Source: a virus. Taken from it: DNA of 64,000 nt. The first letter of the stretch is position 1. Each line of letters begins with the position of its first letter. Below, piece by piece: positions 9,535-17,273 of this stretch. Where the stretch lies: IMG/VR virus record IMGVR_UViG_3300020419_000004; one strand, given 5' to 3'. A program made the position numbers and the translations under genes. Under the pieces are notes generated by a model. It was not told the DNA's origin, did not search any database, and worked only from the letters and a program-made list of their open reading frames with translations.

Positions 9535-9994
9535 GACGTTTTACGTTAAACCACCAGTAAATACAGATGAGATCCTTGATGATCTCGACTGGTGTCGTAG
9601 GGAAGATGCACCTGTAAAGGCAAATCTGACCGAATGGAATATATCTGACTACCTACCCGACCTATGCTCACAATTATATGTCCTCTTCCCGAACTATAAG
9701 ATCGAAGATCTTTGGATTGCTTCGTACGGACTGGGAGACTACACAGAAAGTCATGACCATCGCGGTTTTGATTGGAGTTTTGTGTGGTATCTGGATGCCT
9801 GTATTGACTGCAGTCCTCTCACGTTCCCAAACTTAAAGCATCCATGGTTGCCACCTCATGTAATATATCCTAAGGTAGGCAACCTGCATGTATTTGATGG
9901 TGGATTAGTCCACTATGTGTGTCCACACACATGTACCCACGATCGAGTTGTGGTATCTGGAAACCTGACTACATATAACTCGGATAAGAAATGA
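9512..9994 (+). CDS. 2OG-Fe(II) oxygenase superfamily protein
   Basis: HDH...SFVWYL, distal H in LVHYVCP, and RVVVSGN 2OG-binding strand. Confidence 0.8.
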   Translation: MKQNLRIETFYVKPPVNTDEILDDLDWCRREDAPVKANLTEWNISDYLPDLCSQLYVLFPNYKIEDLWIASYGLGDYTESHDHRGFDWSFVWYLDACIDCSPLTFPNLKHPWLPPHVIYPKVGNLHVFDGGLVHYVCPHTCTHDRVVVSGNLTTYNSDKK

Positions 9995-9998
9995 AACA

Positions 9999-10241
9999 AT
10001 GGATCCTGACATTCAAAAACACTTTGACTTCAAATATGTGGAGGGAGAACTTCACATGTATATTAAGGCAGAATTCGTCAAGAAACTAGGATGGACGGAT
10101 AAAGATATAGAACTATCATTCGGTAACATCAAGAGAATGAATAGTTTTAAGGGAGCATCCCTATCCATCAACACAATTGAACAATCACATTATGAACACC
10201 CATGGCACTTACACCAGAAGAAAGAGAACTTAGAGCAATAG
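9999..10241 (+). CDS. Hypothetical protein
   Basis: 80-aa ORF in the operon. Confidence 0.65.
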   Translation: MDPDIQKHFDFKYVEGELHMYIKAEFVKKLGWTDKDIELSFGNIKRMNSFKGASLSINTIEQSHYEHPWHLHQKKENLEQ

Positions 10242-10420
10242 CAAGATTTTATAAGGATGCCAAGTATGGTTTTGCGACCGAAGACGGTTATTACGCAATC
10301 CCTAGTGATGGTAAGAAGTTGGCTTTATTCCATAAAGGTGCTATAATTAAATGGTGTAGGAACGAACAATCCGCACGCAATTTAGTTAATCGCCTTCGTA
10401 AACGTGAAACCAATCGTTAA
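10202..10420 (+). CDS. Hypothetical basic protein
   Basis: 72-aa ORF in the operon. Confidence 0.65.
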   Translation: MALTPEERELRAIARFYKDAKYGFATEDGYYAIPSDGKKLALFHKGAIIKWCRNEQSARNLVNRLRKRETNR

Positions 10421-11273
10421 ATACCAAGGTGGTAAGTCAAGAGAGTTACCACTCATCAAGACATTACTACCACAGAACTATGACACTGTGCTCGAACCTT
10501 TTGCAGGTGGAGCAGCAGTGTCTTTTGCATTAGGACACCGATGCATATTAAATGATATGAATGATGCATTGATAAACATGTATCAACAAGTATCAAATCC
10601 AACTACCTTTCATGATGTATTCTCTCATGTAGCATACTTGAAGACACTGGAGCATGATGCACTCAGTGATGAGTACTATAAAGCAAGAGACTACATCAAT
10701 GGTACAGAACGTGACCCATATGACTGGGCAGTATCATATATCACATTGAGACAGTTATGTTTCAGTGGTATGGAGAGATACAACAAGGATGGTAAGTTCA
10801 ATGTACCATTTGGACATTACAAGAGATTTTCATGTAACCTAGACTGGAACCACATGAAGTTCTTACATCAATCAGGTAGTAGCATCTATCATGGAGACTT
10901 CGCACCCATATTTGATATGGCAACAGAGGATGACTTCATATTCATAGACCCACCATACCTAGACAGACTAGGATATACACATGGGGATGGAGGTAATACA
11001 CTTCATACAAGACTAGTCGAGTGTATGCATAAGACCAAGGCAAAGTGGTTGTTCATACACACTAAGCATGACTTCTACATGGATACACTATGGGAGTATA
11101 ACATCATGTTCAGACCACATGGTTACTCACAGAGGTTCGGTAAGAACAGAGACCATAGTGGTGCACAGGTAGAACACATGTATGTTACCAACTACGAGGA
11201 TGATATGACACTCCATAGGGTGTCTAACTCATCGTTGCAGAATTTATTAGACCATGATAGAATAGGAGCATGA
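10404..11273 (+). CDS. dam: Dam/D12-class N6-adenine DNA methyltransferase
   Basis: KYQGGKS, EPFAGG, FNVPFG and DPPY motifs (alpha class). Target specificity not established. Confidence 0.88.
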   Translation: MKPIVKYQGGKSRELPLIKTLLPQNYDTVLEPFAGGAAVSFALGHRCILNDMNDALINMYQQVSNPTTFHDVFSHVAYLKTLEHDALSDEYYKARDYINGTERDPYDWAVSYITLRQLCFSGMERYNKDGKFNVPFGHYKRFSCNLDWNHMKFLHQSGSSIYHGDFAPIFDMATEDDFIFIDPPYLDRLGYTHGDGGNTLHTRLVECMHKTKAKWLFIHTKHDFYMDTLWEYNIMFRPHGYSQRFGKNRDHSGAQVEHMYVTNYEDDMTLHRVSNSSLQNLLDHDRIGA

Positions 11274-11953
11274 AACTAAGACCCCAATCACCTGGTAATG
11301 AGTACTTGAGGTATAACCTACTACCTCTCATTGATAGTATCGTGCCAAAGAATACATCATCCAGTATATTATCTGCATGTGGTTTAGGTGATACCACATC
11401 AAGTCAGAGTATACTCATCACATGTGGTAACCGTTTCGAGAAGTTTTGGAACAAGGTCATTACACACAGTCGTGGTGTAGACAATCAATTACCATTTGCA
11501 AATGGCACTGATAGGATTAAAGTTGATGCTAAGGACAGACAAGTAGATCACTTCTTCAGTATTCATGACCTTGAAAACAACAACTATGTGTATCTGGAGA
11601 GTAAGACCAACCTCGACTTCGATACAGAGAAGAAACCAGAGAGTAACGAGAAGATCAAGAGAGTTGGTGAACAACTAGGATTTGCATTTGATGCAACAGT
11701 AAATTGTGGTTACTATGTACCAGTTGAACGTGAGATTGACCAGAAGGTTAGATCACACTATACCAAACATGGTGTTAATGTATATGGTGTAGAGGACATG
11801 TTCCGATGGTTAAATGATGTACCATTCACAATAGATGAGTATTTCATATTCCTACGTGAGGTCATAGGTCCTATATTGAAGGAGAAACTTGATGGTGTGA
11901 CAGTGCAACAACCTGCACACAGTGGTAGACATAGTGACCTAGATGCACTATAA
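11270..11953 (+). CDS. Putative PD-(D/E)xK restriction-type endonuclease
   Basis: ATGA-coupled to the MTase; E(GNRFE)...VD...ESK spacing fits a PD-(D/E)xK active site. Confidence 0.55.
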   Translation: MKLRPQSPGNEYLRYNLLPLIDSIVPKNTSSSILSACGLGDTTSSQSILITCGNRFEKFWNKVITHSRGVDNQLPFANGTDRIKVDAKDRQVDHFFSIHDLENNNYVYLESKTNLDFDTEKKPESNEKIKRVGEQLGFAFDATVNCGYYVPVEREIDQKVRSHYTKHGVNVYGVEDMFRWLNDVPFTIDEYFIFLREVIGPILKEKLDGVTVQQPAHSGRHSDLDAL

Positions 11954-11954
11954 T
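11897..11954 (+). promoter_or_regulatory. Sigma70-type early promoter with upstream motif
   Basis: GTGACAGT at 11897; TAGACA (11926-11931) N17 TATAAT (11949-11954). Confidence 0.7.
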
Positions 11955-11977
11955 AATAGAGGGAAACAAAGGCACAC

Positions 11978-12229
11978 GTGCTTTTTGTTTCTCGCACCCT
12001 ATTACTCACGGAGAGGTACTTGACCACTTATTATTATGACGTTGTATGGACTGACTATCAGTACACACACAACCTTACCACAACAGAGATGCAAGAAAAG
12101 CATCATATTGATGCAATGCTTAAACAAGTAGACCATCTCAAGTGGCAAGACGAGCAACGTAGCAAATGGATGGGTGGTGAAGAACCAGAGTATGTATCAA
12201 GGGGTATCCCCGAAGACTGTCCTTTTTAA
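11978..12229 (+). CDS. Hypothetical protein (start uncertain)
   Basis: ORF immediately downstream of the promoter. Confidence 0.5.
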   Translation: MLFVSRTLLLTERYLTTYYYDVVWTDYQYTHNLTTTEMQEKHHIDAMLKQVDHLKWQDEQRSKWMGGEEPEYVSRGIPEDCPF

Positions 12230-12237
12230 TCATCATC

Positions 12238-12351
12238 ATGTCACAGACATTCGCAAACTTCCTTCTTTGTCAAGCAGATACAGGCAATGACTTGCTTGCT
12301 ATACTCGAAGACATCGTGGACACAGTAGACTATGATCACACCATCTTATAA
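12238..12351 (+). CDS. Small hypothetical protein (not in ORF track)
   Basis: MSQTFANFLLCQADTGNDLLAILEDIVDTVDYDHTIL fills the gap between neighbours. Confidence 0.55.
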   Translation: MSQTFANFLLCQADTGNDLLAILEDIVDTVDYDHTIL

Positions 12352-12355
12352 CTCA

Positions 12356-12538
12356 ATGTCCACTGTTACCACTCTTGCTTCAGTCAACTCTATGATTAAA
12401 TCACTCAAGAAGGCACTCAAGGCATCTGACCTTGATCCATTTCTATATGAGGAGAAGGAGATCATATACATGAAGACCAAACTTCGTGAAATGTATGCTG
12501 AAAGACAAGAGTTAAATAGTGGAAATGGTTTTGGTTAA
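12356..12538 (+). CDS. Hypothetical protein
   Basis: Probable start at ATG 12356; TAATG overlap with the next gene. Confidence 0.7.
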   Translation: MSTVTTLASVNSMIKSLKKALKASDLDPFLYEEKEIIYMKTKLREMYAERQELNSGNGFG

Positions 12539-12744
12539 TGAAACTACCTTTCCGCAAGGGAGATCACGTACAGTATGAAGGTAAGCAATGCCTTATCACA
12601 TTTGTATGTCGCGATTACATCACAGTATGTACTCAGCAGTGGCCAGATGAGAATACTCTTCATGGTCACAAACAAGTCAACGTTGTAGTATCTCGTAGAT
12701 ACTGGAACACTATCACACCTCATGCTTCAAATGAAGAAAAGTAA
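12538..12744 (+). CDS. Hypothetical protein (SH3/KOW-like beta strands)
   Basis: FRKGDHVQY...ITFVCRDYITV pattern. Confidence 0.65.
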   Translation: MKLPFRKGDHVQYEGKQCLITFVCRDYITVCTQQWPDENTLHGHKQVNVVVSRRYWNTITPHASNEEK

Positions 12745-12952
12745 GAACGTACAGTTCTCCGTCCTCAACAGTGACGTGACTGTCCAACTACAACCGAAGA
12801 GAAGAGGGATATATTGGAACTATCAGGATGTACCATTTAACTATGGTCCATTCAAAGACGACAATCAGGCAATCAATGATGCCAAACTATACTCACAGTA
12901 TGGTACAACATCAAAGGTCTTCCTTACTACACAAGGTAGGAGGAGAAGATAA
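12722..12952 (+). CDS. Hypothetical protein
   Basis: Operon packing; TAATG overlap with the next gene. Confidence 0.65.
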   Translation: MLQMKKSKNVQFSVLNSDVTVQLQPKRRGIYWNYQDVPFNYGPFKDDNQAINDAKLYSQYGTTSKVFLTTQGRRRR

Positions 12953-13098
12953 TGCAGAACGTACCGTTTTATGACTTACCACAGTCACCAATACTATGGA
13001 TAGGACTATGTGGCATACTGTTCACGTTAGTACTGTACTACTTCACGCAGAGAGCGTATTTCCAATCACCACTCAATAGGGACAATGACAAAAACTGA
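12952..13098 (+). CDS. Small membrane protein (not in ORF track)
   Basis: MQNVPFYDLPQSPILWIGLCGILFTLVLYYFTQRAYFQSPL..., AGGAG RBS. Confidence 0.65.
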   Translation: MQNVPFYDLPQSPILWIGLCGILFTLVLYYFTQRAYFQSPLNRDNDKN

Positions 13099-13348
13099 AA
13101 TCATCCTCGAACGCTTCCCATACAGATTTGTACAGAAAGGACTGCTAGAGATCAATGGCGAACCAGACTATCGCATACAGAAGTTCAATGACATCACCAG
13201 ACAGTACAATGACATGTACTACCTCGATAGCAGCATACAGTTAGATGCATGCCTAGAGGATCATGAGTATGTCAAGTGGTTAGACCCAGATCCTGAGGTT
13301 GCTGCATATCCCAACAAGACAGACAAGGTGGTATCCCCATATGCCTGA
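13085..13348 (+). CDS. Hypothetical cyanophage protein
   Basis: 87 aa; DYRIQK...KWLDP motif. Confidence 0.75.
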   Translation: MTKTEIILERFPYRFVQKGLLEINGEPDYRIQKFNDITRQYNDMYYLDSSIQLDACLEDHEYVKWLDPDPEVAAYPNKTDKVVSPYA

Positions 13349-13523
13349 TAGAATACTCGAACGTAGACAACGATGCTACAAACAACTGATACAGACAGAC
13401 CTGCCCATGGAGTTTGTATATGCATATTGTACTGAATGGGCAGAAGGAGACGAGATCGAACTCAATGTACCCAAGAACCCCAAGGTAGTCAAACGTGTTC
13501 CTACGTACAGACCAAGTAAGTAA
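13341..13523 (+). CDS. Hypothetical protein
   Basis: Probable start at ATG 13341, overlapping the previous stop. Confidence 0.6.
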   Translation: MPDRILERRQRCYKQLIQTDLPMEFVYAYCTEWAEGDEIELNVPKNPKVVKRVPTYRPSK

Positions 13524-14076
13524 TAATAAACTCATCGGACTAGAACATGTGTATCCTACACTTAAACAAGAGTGGGATGCATATAACCATGACATAGAGT
13601 GGAGAGACTTTACCACTTATATGGAACGTACTATCAATCAATCTAACCAAGGACATGAGATAGACAGTATAGAGAATGCACCAATAGCAACACCTCAATC
13701 TAAATGGAGTATCGCACCATTATTCTATCACAATCAACCATATACAAGGAATACTAACCTATTACCTAAGTTAAGGAAGACTATGTACTGGTTAGGAGAG
13801 ACTAGTTACGTAGGAATGGTTAAACTAGCATCAGATAGTGGTCTTGGATGGCATTATGACCCTGATCCGAACCCAGTTACTCAGAGGATCAGATGTCAGT
13901 TACCATTTGACTGCTCAATCTCTACGTTATCTGTACAGAGTGAGAATAGACCCTATGCGGAGGGTAAGCTCATGATTTTCTTGAGTTCCGCACGTCATAA
14001 AGTACAAAATCAGGGAGAAAACGATAGAATTTCACTAGTTTTTGACCTGTTCCGTAAGGGGAAGGGTATTTTGTAG
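13495..14076 (+). CDS. Asp/Asn beta-hydroxylase-like 2OG-Fe(II) oxygenase
   Basis: WHYD (HxD), RCQLP, distal H in ARHKVQN, and DRISLVFD; start codon uncertain. Confidence 0.72.
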   Translation: MFLRTDQVSNNKLIGLEHVYPTLKQEWDAYNHDIEWRDFTTYMERTINQSNQGHEIDSIENAPIATPQSKWSIAPLFYHNQPYTRNTNLLPKLRKTMYWLGETSYVGMVKLASDSGLGWHYDPDPNPVTQRIRCQLPFDCSISTLSVQSENRPYAEGKLMIFLSSARHKVQNQGENDRISLVFDLFRKGKGIL

Positions 14077-14194
14077 TGAAATGAGTATAGGATAGTATCC
14101 TTTTATGAAACGTTTAATTAAATGTAACTGGGCGATTTACTTTGCGGATCTCTTGTAGTCTAAGCCCGCAGTCTAGCAGAAGTCAAGCTCGCAT

Positions 14195-14251
14195 GTGCCA
14201 CTATGTAAACTGTCTGAAATATTTGACAATTCTCTGAGGTTTCGCTATAAT
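14195..14251 (+). promoter_or_regulatory. Consensus sigma70 promoter with upstream motif
   Basis: TTGACA (14223-14228) N17 TATAAT (14246-14251); GTGCCACT at 14195. Confidence 0.85.
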
Positions 14252-14274
14252 TAATAGTATAAACACAAAAAGAA

Positions 14275-14529
14275 ATGCCCGCAAAGAAACACACATTTGA
14301 CATCGGCGAGTTGAGTTCTGCCATAGATAAGGTAGTCGTGCAAGGATCCAAGGTTTTCATCAATTTTTCAGGAAACGAAAAAACCTACGAGTATAAGTGG
14401 AAACCTGCAAGCTCGCAGCTTTTGTCAGTTCTTGAAGGTTTTGTCAAAAACCCAGAAAGTGTATCACTTGGACGCTTTTACAACAATTCACTAAAAAGTG
14501 AAGACCTTGTACAAATTACAACAGTCTAG
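14275..14529 (+). CDS. Hypothetical early protein
   Basis: First ORF after the consensus promoter; SSAI...YEY...SLGRFYN pattern. Confidence 0.75.
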   Translation: MPAKKHTFDIGELSSAIDKVVVQGSKVFINFSGNEKTYEYKWKPASSQLLSVLEGFVKNPESVSLGRFYNNSLKSEDLVQITTV

Positions 14530-14553
14530 TAAAAACTACCAAAAGGCAAACTA

Positions 14554-14721
14554 ATGGCAAATACTTGGAGTTATCGTGGAAACGGTAAGAAAGGTTCATT
14601 TGGTCAAAAAAAGAAGAAACTGAAAGAAAATGAGGATTTGAGATCTTCTGGCTATTATGACATGTTATCTAATAGGCAAAAGATAAATAGTGATACAGAC
14701 ATGGAGGACCTTTATGGTTAA
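14554..14721 (+). CDS. Small basic hypothetical protein (not in ORF track)
   Basis: MANTWSYRGNGKKGSFGQKKKKLKE..., 55 aa. Confidence 0.6.
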   Translation: MANTWSYRGNGKKGSFGQKKKKLKENEDLRSSGYYDMLSNRQKINSDTDMEDLYG

Positions 14722-14914
14722 GCTGCCACAGCTAGTACAAATGTACACAGATGGACTCATGAGTCCATTAGAACAAATAGAACTAGTACAAATCCTACTA
14801 GACACTGAATTATTATCAGAGTATCCACAATTTGACAAACTGGCAGATTATTTCATAAGTGAAGGTTTATGCTACTATGTGCCAATTAATATAATGCCTG
14901 AACTAAAGGATTAA
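14714..14914 (+). CDS. Hypothetical protein
   Basis: Probable start at ATG 14714 with GGAGG upstream. Confidence 0.65.
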   Translation: MVKLPQLVQMYTDGLMSPLEQIELVQILLDTELLSEYPQFDKLADYFISEGLCYYVPINIMPELKD

Positions 14915-14919
14915 AAGAC

Positions 14920-14948
14920 AAAAAAAAGAGGGGTTGACCCTCTTTTTT
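14920..14948. terminator. Bidirectional intrinsic terminator
   Basis: A-run GAGGG-GTTGA-CCCTC T-run between convergent gene blocks. Confidence 0.85.
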
Positions 14949-14949
14949 A

Positions 14950-15111
14950 TTATATAATGGTCAACTCCTCTGGACGGAATGCCTTACGGTCAAACCTCTC
15001 CTCTACTGTAGTGATACAGACCACGGAGTTGATCTCAGGGAAGAGAGATAGAACCCACCATTCTAATCCCTCTTCGTCTCTTACCTTGTCGGAAATACTC
15101 AGCTGAGTCAT
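14950..15111 (-). CDS. Small hypothetical protein (not in ORF track)
   Basis: MTQLSISDKVRDEEGLEWWVLSLFPEINSVVCITT..., 53 aa; ends at the terminator. Confidence 0.6.
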   Translation of the reverse strand: MTQLSISDKVRDEEGLEWWVLSLFPEINSVVCITTVEERFDRKAFRPEELTII

Positions 15112-15230
15112 GAAAATTCTCTGATGTAAAGTTCGTAATTGATCATGTCATCTAATTCTACGGGGATATCCTCTTTAAGATATGCCCGTAGTTTAGCAGT
15201 AGATGCTCTGCGAATTTCGTCATGTGTCAA
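15108..15230 (-). CDS. Small hypothetical protein (TTG start)
   Basis: MTHDEIRRASTAKLRAYLKED...; TTGA and ATGA overlaps at its ends. Confidence 0.5.
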   Translation of the reverse strand: MTHDEIRRASTAKLRAYLKEDIPVELDDMINYELYIREFS

Positions 15231-15421
15231 TGGTCGCACCTCTTGTCCTGATATGCATCCTCGTTCCAATGCTCATTAGCATCCAATGCCCCTACGTATT
15301 GTAGGATTTCATCATAAGTTTGCATACCACTACGTGACATTCTATTACAGGTGTATTCCCATCCTAGGTCACAAAGTTTATCCATTAGCACGGATAGTTT
15401 AATTTGCTGTTTTGATTTCAT
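15227..15421 (-). CDS. Hypothetical cyanophage protein
   Basis: 64 aa; LGWEY...RMS.SG motif; ATGA overlap. Confidence 0.7.
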   Translation of the reverse strand: MKSKQQIKLSVLMDKLCDLGWEYTCNRMSRSGMQTYDEILQYVGALDANEHWNEDAYQDKRCDH

Positions 15422-15681
15422 GCCGCCACCTCTTCTTCAAGGTAACGGAATGGATTGAAACCGCCATCATAAATCTGGTTCATGATGTCTCTTACTCGCT
15501 CTCTGTCGAGACTATCGCCATCGCCCCACGTGTAAACGTCGCTGTCATAATGTGCAATAGCATCAAGGTAAATGCATGTAGCGTAGGCAATCTGTTCACG
15601 TGACCTACCTTGATCATATAAACCACCGTAACCATAAAATTCTTTACAGTAGTTTATGAAGTCGTTAAAAGATGTGTTCAT
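15418..15681 (-). CDS. Hypothetical cyanophage protein
   Basis: Probable start at 15681; FYG.GGLY...GDSLDRERVRD motif. Confidence 0.7.
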   Translation of the reverse strand: MNTSFNDFINYCKEFYGYGGLYDQGRSREQIAYATCIYLDAIAHYDSDVYTWGDGDSLDRERVRDIMNQIYDGGFNPFRYLEEEVAA

Positions 15682-15683
15682 GA

Positions 15684-15878
15684 TTAACCTACCATTTTTT
15701 TGATATCGTTTAGGAAATCTTCGTATTTCCATTGTGCTGATTGGTTCAGCATCTGTTGACCGTACATAGGTAGGTCTCCAGTATCCGTTGCTTCTGCTAC
15801 TACTTCGTCGTAGCATGCCTGATAGATACCCTCGTTTGTTACAGGATAGTCACTAGGGTCAACGTAGAAGAATTGCAT
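15684..15878 (-). CDS. Hypothetical acidic protein
   Basis: 64 aa, first gene after the 15915-15974 promoter. Confidence 0.65.
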   Translation of the reverse strand: MQFFYVDPSDYPVTNEGIYQACYDEVVAEATDTGDLPMYGQQMLNQSAQWKYEDFLNDIKKMVG

Positions 15879-15914
15879 AATCTAAAAATGAATGAATTTC
15901 GTTTGTACTCTTTT

Positions 15915-15974
15915 ATTATAGTCGAAAGTATGCCCAAAAAAGAGATAAGTGAGCATACTGAAACAATTCGTTAC
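15915..15974 (-). promoter_or_regulatory. Promoter with tandem GTWWCR upstream motif
   Basis: Minus-strand TATAAT (15920-15915) with GTAACGAA-TT-GTTTCAGT starting 54 nt upstream. Confidence 0.55.
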
Positions 15975-16483
15975 AAATAACCTGCGACCTCTTGACCTGG
16001 TTCATCATAGAACCAACTCATGCTTAAGTCGTCAAATTGCTCACAAATTGCTGAATGGATTTCCTCAGGTGGAGACCACGCAGTTTCAAAATTGACCTCG
16101 AAACCGTTTGGCATATCGCAATCGTCAATCTCTAAGGAATAAGCATCCCACTTAGTTCCCCAGTTTGCATTTCGCCAGTTGTACCATCTGTCATCATTAT
16201 TTCCAGTAGAGGGAAAGCAAAGACCTCTCATAGGATCTTCATTCATTACAGGCAGTTCACCAACTTCACCTCTAGGGGAACTGAATGAATACTCTCTAAC
16301 GTGTTCTTCAGCGAGGGGAACTTTACTCCAATCAGGTTCGGGGACAAATGATCCGAACACGGAATCTCTTCTCTCTGTATTGTCATCATTCTTAAGACCC
16401 TTTTTAAATATGTTATGTAGTTTAAGGATCGCTGTTGTATCTTCACTATAGAAAGTGACTCTGTTATGGCAATGATTTGGCAT
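15971..16483 (-). CDS. DUF1281/YubB-type ferredoxin-like domain protein
   Basis: MPNHC start; WYNWRNANWGTKW, FETAWSPP and YDEPG motifs. Confidence 0.7.
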   Translation of the reverse strand: MPNHCHNRVTFYSEDTTAILKLHNIFKKGLKNDDNTERRDSVFGSFVPEPDWSKVPLAEEHVREYSFSSPRGEVGELPVMNEDPMRGLCFPSTGNNDDRWYNWRNANWGTKWDAYSLEIDDCDMPNGFEVNFETAWSPPEEIHSAICEQFDDLSMSWFYDEPGQEVAGYL

Positions 16484-16611
16484 TAATGACACCTCTGTTG
16501 GAATAGTTCGTTTGCTAGGTCGATTTGTTCTTCGTATGACAAATCTGGTCTCTCTTCTAGGACATCTTCGTAGATGTCCATTAAGATGTCTGCATGATGG
16601 AGGGAACTCAT
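16483..16611 (-). CDS. Small acidic protein (not in ORF track)
   Basis: MSSLHHADILMDIYEDVLEE..., 42 aa; TAATG overlap with the next gene. Confidence 0.6.
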   Translation of the reverse strand: MSSLHHADILMDIYEDVLEERPDLSYEEQIDLANELFQQRCH

Positions 16612-16672
16612 TTTTTGTTGCCCCCTAGATAACGTTTCTTAGGGAATCCGTCTCTGTTGTACTGTCCACAGT

Positions 16673-16879
16673 TCATTTCTTTACCTCGTATGGTTCGTAA
16701 TCAAATGGGGATGGTTCGCAGTATTTCTCACAGAGTGAGTCATATGCTTCTTGAGTTGAATCGTCGATCCAACCCATATCGTTAAAAAACGAGATCATGT
16801 CGCCGAGTACGGTTTCTTCGTCTTCGGTCATTGTGATGGTTCTTAGAAAACCAGAGTTTGCGAATGAATTATCTCTCAT
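16673..16879 (-). CDS. Acidic hypothetical protein, probably leaderless
   Basis: ATG at 16879 lies 7 nt downstream of TATAAT (16891-16886). Confidence 0.65.
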   Translation of the reverse strand: MRDNSFANSGFLRTITMTEDEETVLGDMISFFNDMGWIDDSTQEAYDSLCEKYCEPSPFDYEPYEVKK

Positions 16880-16885
16880 GATTCT

Positions 16886-16934
16886 ATTATACTCCCTCTG
16901 GATGACATAAAGAAACAATGACATCATCTGTAAC
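16886..16934 (-). promoter_or_regulatory. Promoter with GTTACAGA upstream motif
   Basis: Minus-strand TATAAT at 16891-16886; GTTACAGAT starts at 16934. Confidence 0.55.
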
Positions 16935-17129
16935 AATGTTGACTTGATCAACGTGTTTGAAGTACTGATTGATGTGCTTGCTAGTTGTACGACTGTAATA
17001 GGTCTCAGTTTTGAAGTGACCTAGTTTAGGTGAAAAACCTGCAACAGGTGTTTCATATGAAAAGAATAGCGTATTGCCATTGTTCAAACTGATTTCGGTT
17101 TGGTTGCTACCGACTTGTCTTAAGATCAT
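16887..17129 (-). CDS. Hypothetical phage protein
   Basis: NQTE...FFSYETPVA...YSRTTSKHIN motif; probable start at ATG 17129. Confidence 0.75.
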   Translation of the reverse strand: MILRQVGSNQTEISLNNGNTLFFSYETPVAGFSPKLGHFKTETYYSRTTSKHINQYFKHVDQVNIVTDDVIVSLCHPEGV

Positions 17130-17157
17130 TTTAGTCTTATTGGTTTGGTACTCTTCT

Positions 17158-17252
17158 ATTATAGACTCACGGATCACTGAATCAGGGAAAAAGTGGACGG
17201 AAATATTACTGGCACACTGAGTCGGGTTTGGATGGATATCACCCCTTATAAT
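17158..17252. promoter_or_regulatory. Divergent promoter pair around one pseudo-palindromic site
   Basis: TATAAT on minus (17163-17158) and plus (17247-17252); central AGTGGAC-N9-ACTGGCAC at 17192-17215. Confidence 0.7.
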
Positions 17253-17273
17253 GGAATCAGTTCAACAAAGACT

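Noticed and set aside
14076-14195. tRNA or other ncRNA in the intergenic gap
   Set aside because: Only short stems (GGATA/TATCC, TGCGG/CCGCA); no cloverleaf, T-loop or repeated unit.
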